From the NCBI GenBank assembly GCA_040388095.1, contig JAZKCM010000001.1, positions 125,820 to 189,819 on the forward strand: a stretch of 64,000 nucleotides of DNA, written 5' to 3'. This DNA is from Patescibacteria group bacterium (GTDB lineage Bacteria > Patescibacteriota > Minisyncoccia > Phycocordibacterales > UBA9973). Position 1 is the first letter of the stretch; the number at the start of each line of letters is the position of its first letter. Of the stretch, positions 63,899-64,000 are shown one piece after another. A model generated the notes under the pieces. That model had not been told where the DNA came from and searched no databases. It saw only the letters and a list, made by a program, of their open reading frames with translations. Made by a program: the position numbers and the translations under genes.

Positions 63899-64000
63899 TC
63901 AACTACAAACGCAACATTATATCTAGCCTGTTTTAATAACATTATAAATGTAACGTATCAAAGAGGAACAAAAAACTAATTTTAGAGTGCCAATAACTTT

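Overview
This is a low-GC, gene-dense bacterial chromosome segment. Shortened housekeeping proteins, mostly CCA-less tRNAs and many small secreted or membrane ORFs suggest a Candidate Phyla Radiation (Parcubacteria-like) genome; that assignment is inference only. About 70% of the window is core machinery: tsaD, valS, lepA, dnaX, dus, serS, dprA-topA, a RelA/SpoT homolog, parB, miaA, rpmG, clpB, a NifS-like desulfurase, infB-rbfA, gyrA, rpsA, pth, lepB, hisS and def-fmt. I found 11 tRNA genes by hand-folding: Val, Phe, Arg, Gln, Leu x3, Trp, Tyr, Cys and Lys. Accessory content falls into five groups. (1) A structured RNA motif with three helices that change compensatorily occurs twice, each time fused to a tRNA 3' trailer (after tRNA-Val at ~546-690 and after tRNA-Lys at ~33433-33545). 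I cannot place it in any RNA family I know. (2) A 36-37 bp tandem repeat re-duplicates the 5' end of tRNA-Lys. (3) Six tandem VirB2/TrbC-like (T4SS-pilin-like) two-helix genes lie at 36.0-38.6 kb, with no secretion ATPase in the window. (4) There are three FN3-repeat surface proteins. Two are tandem paralogs that share an uncharacterised Cys-bracketed C-terminal domain of ~330 aa. (5) An AT-rich island from ~59.3 kb to the window end carries cassette-like small genes separated by a recurrent GTGGG-N5-T-N-TTCGA motif, two coupled small-terminase-like genes without a large terminase, and an Rx4H (HEPN-like) protein. A second small Rx4H protein sits next to tRNA-Gln. The NifS-like gene carries two copies of a ~40 bp DNA repeat that stay in frame. 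No rRNA, CRISPR array, transposase or integrase was seen. All coordinates of non-ORF features were counted by hand and may be off by a few nt. No database search or folding program was available.
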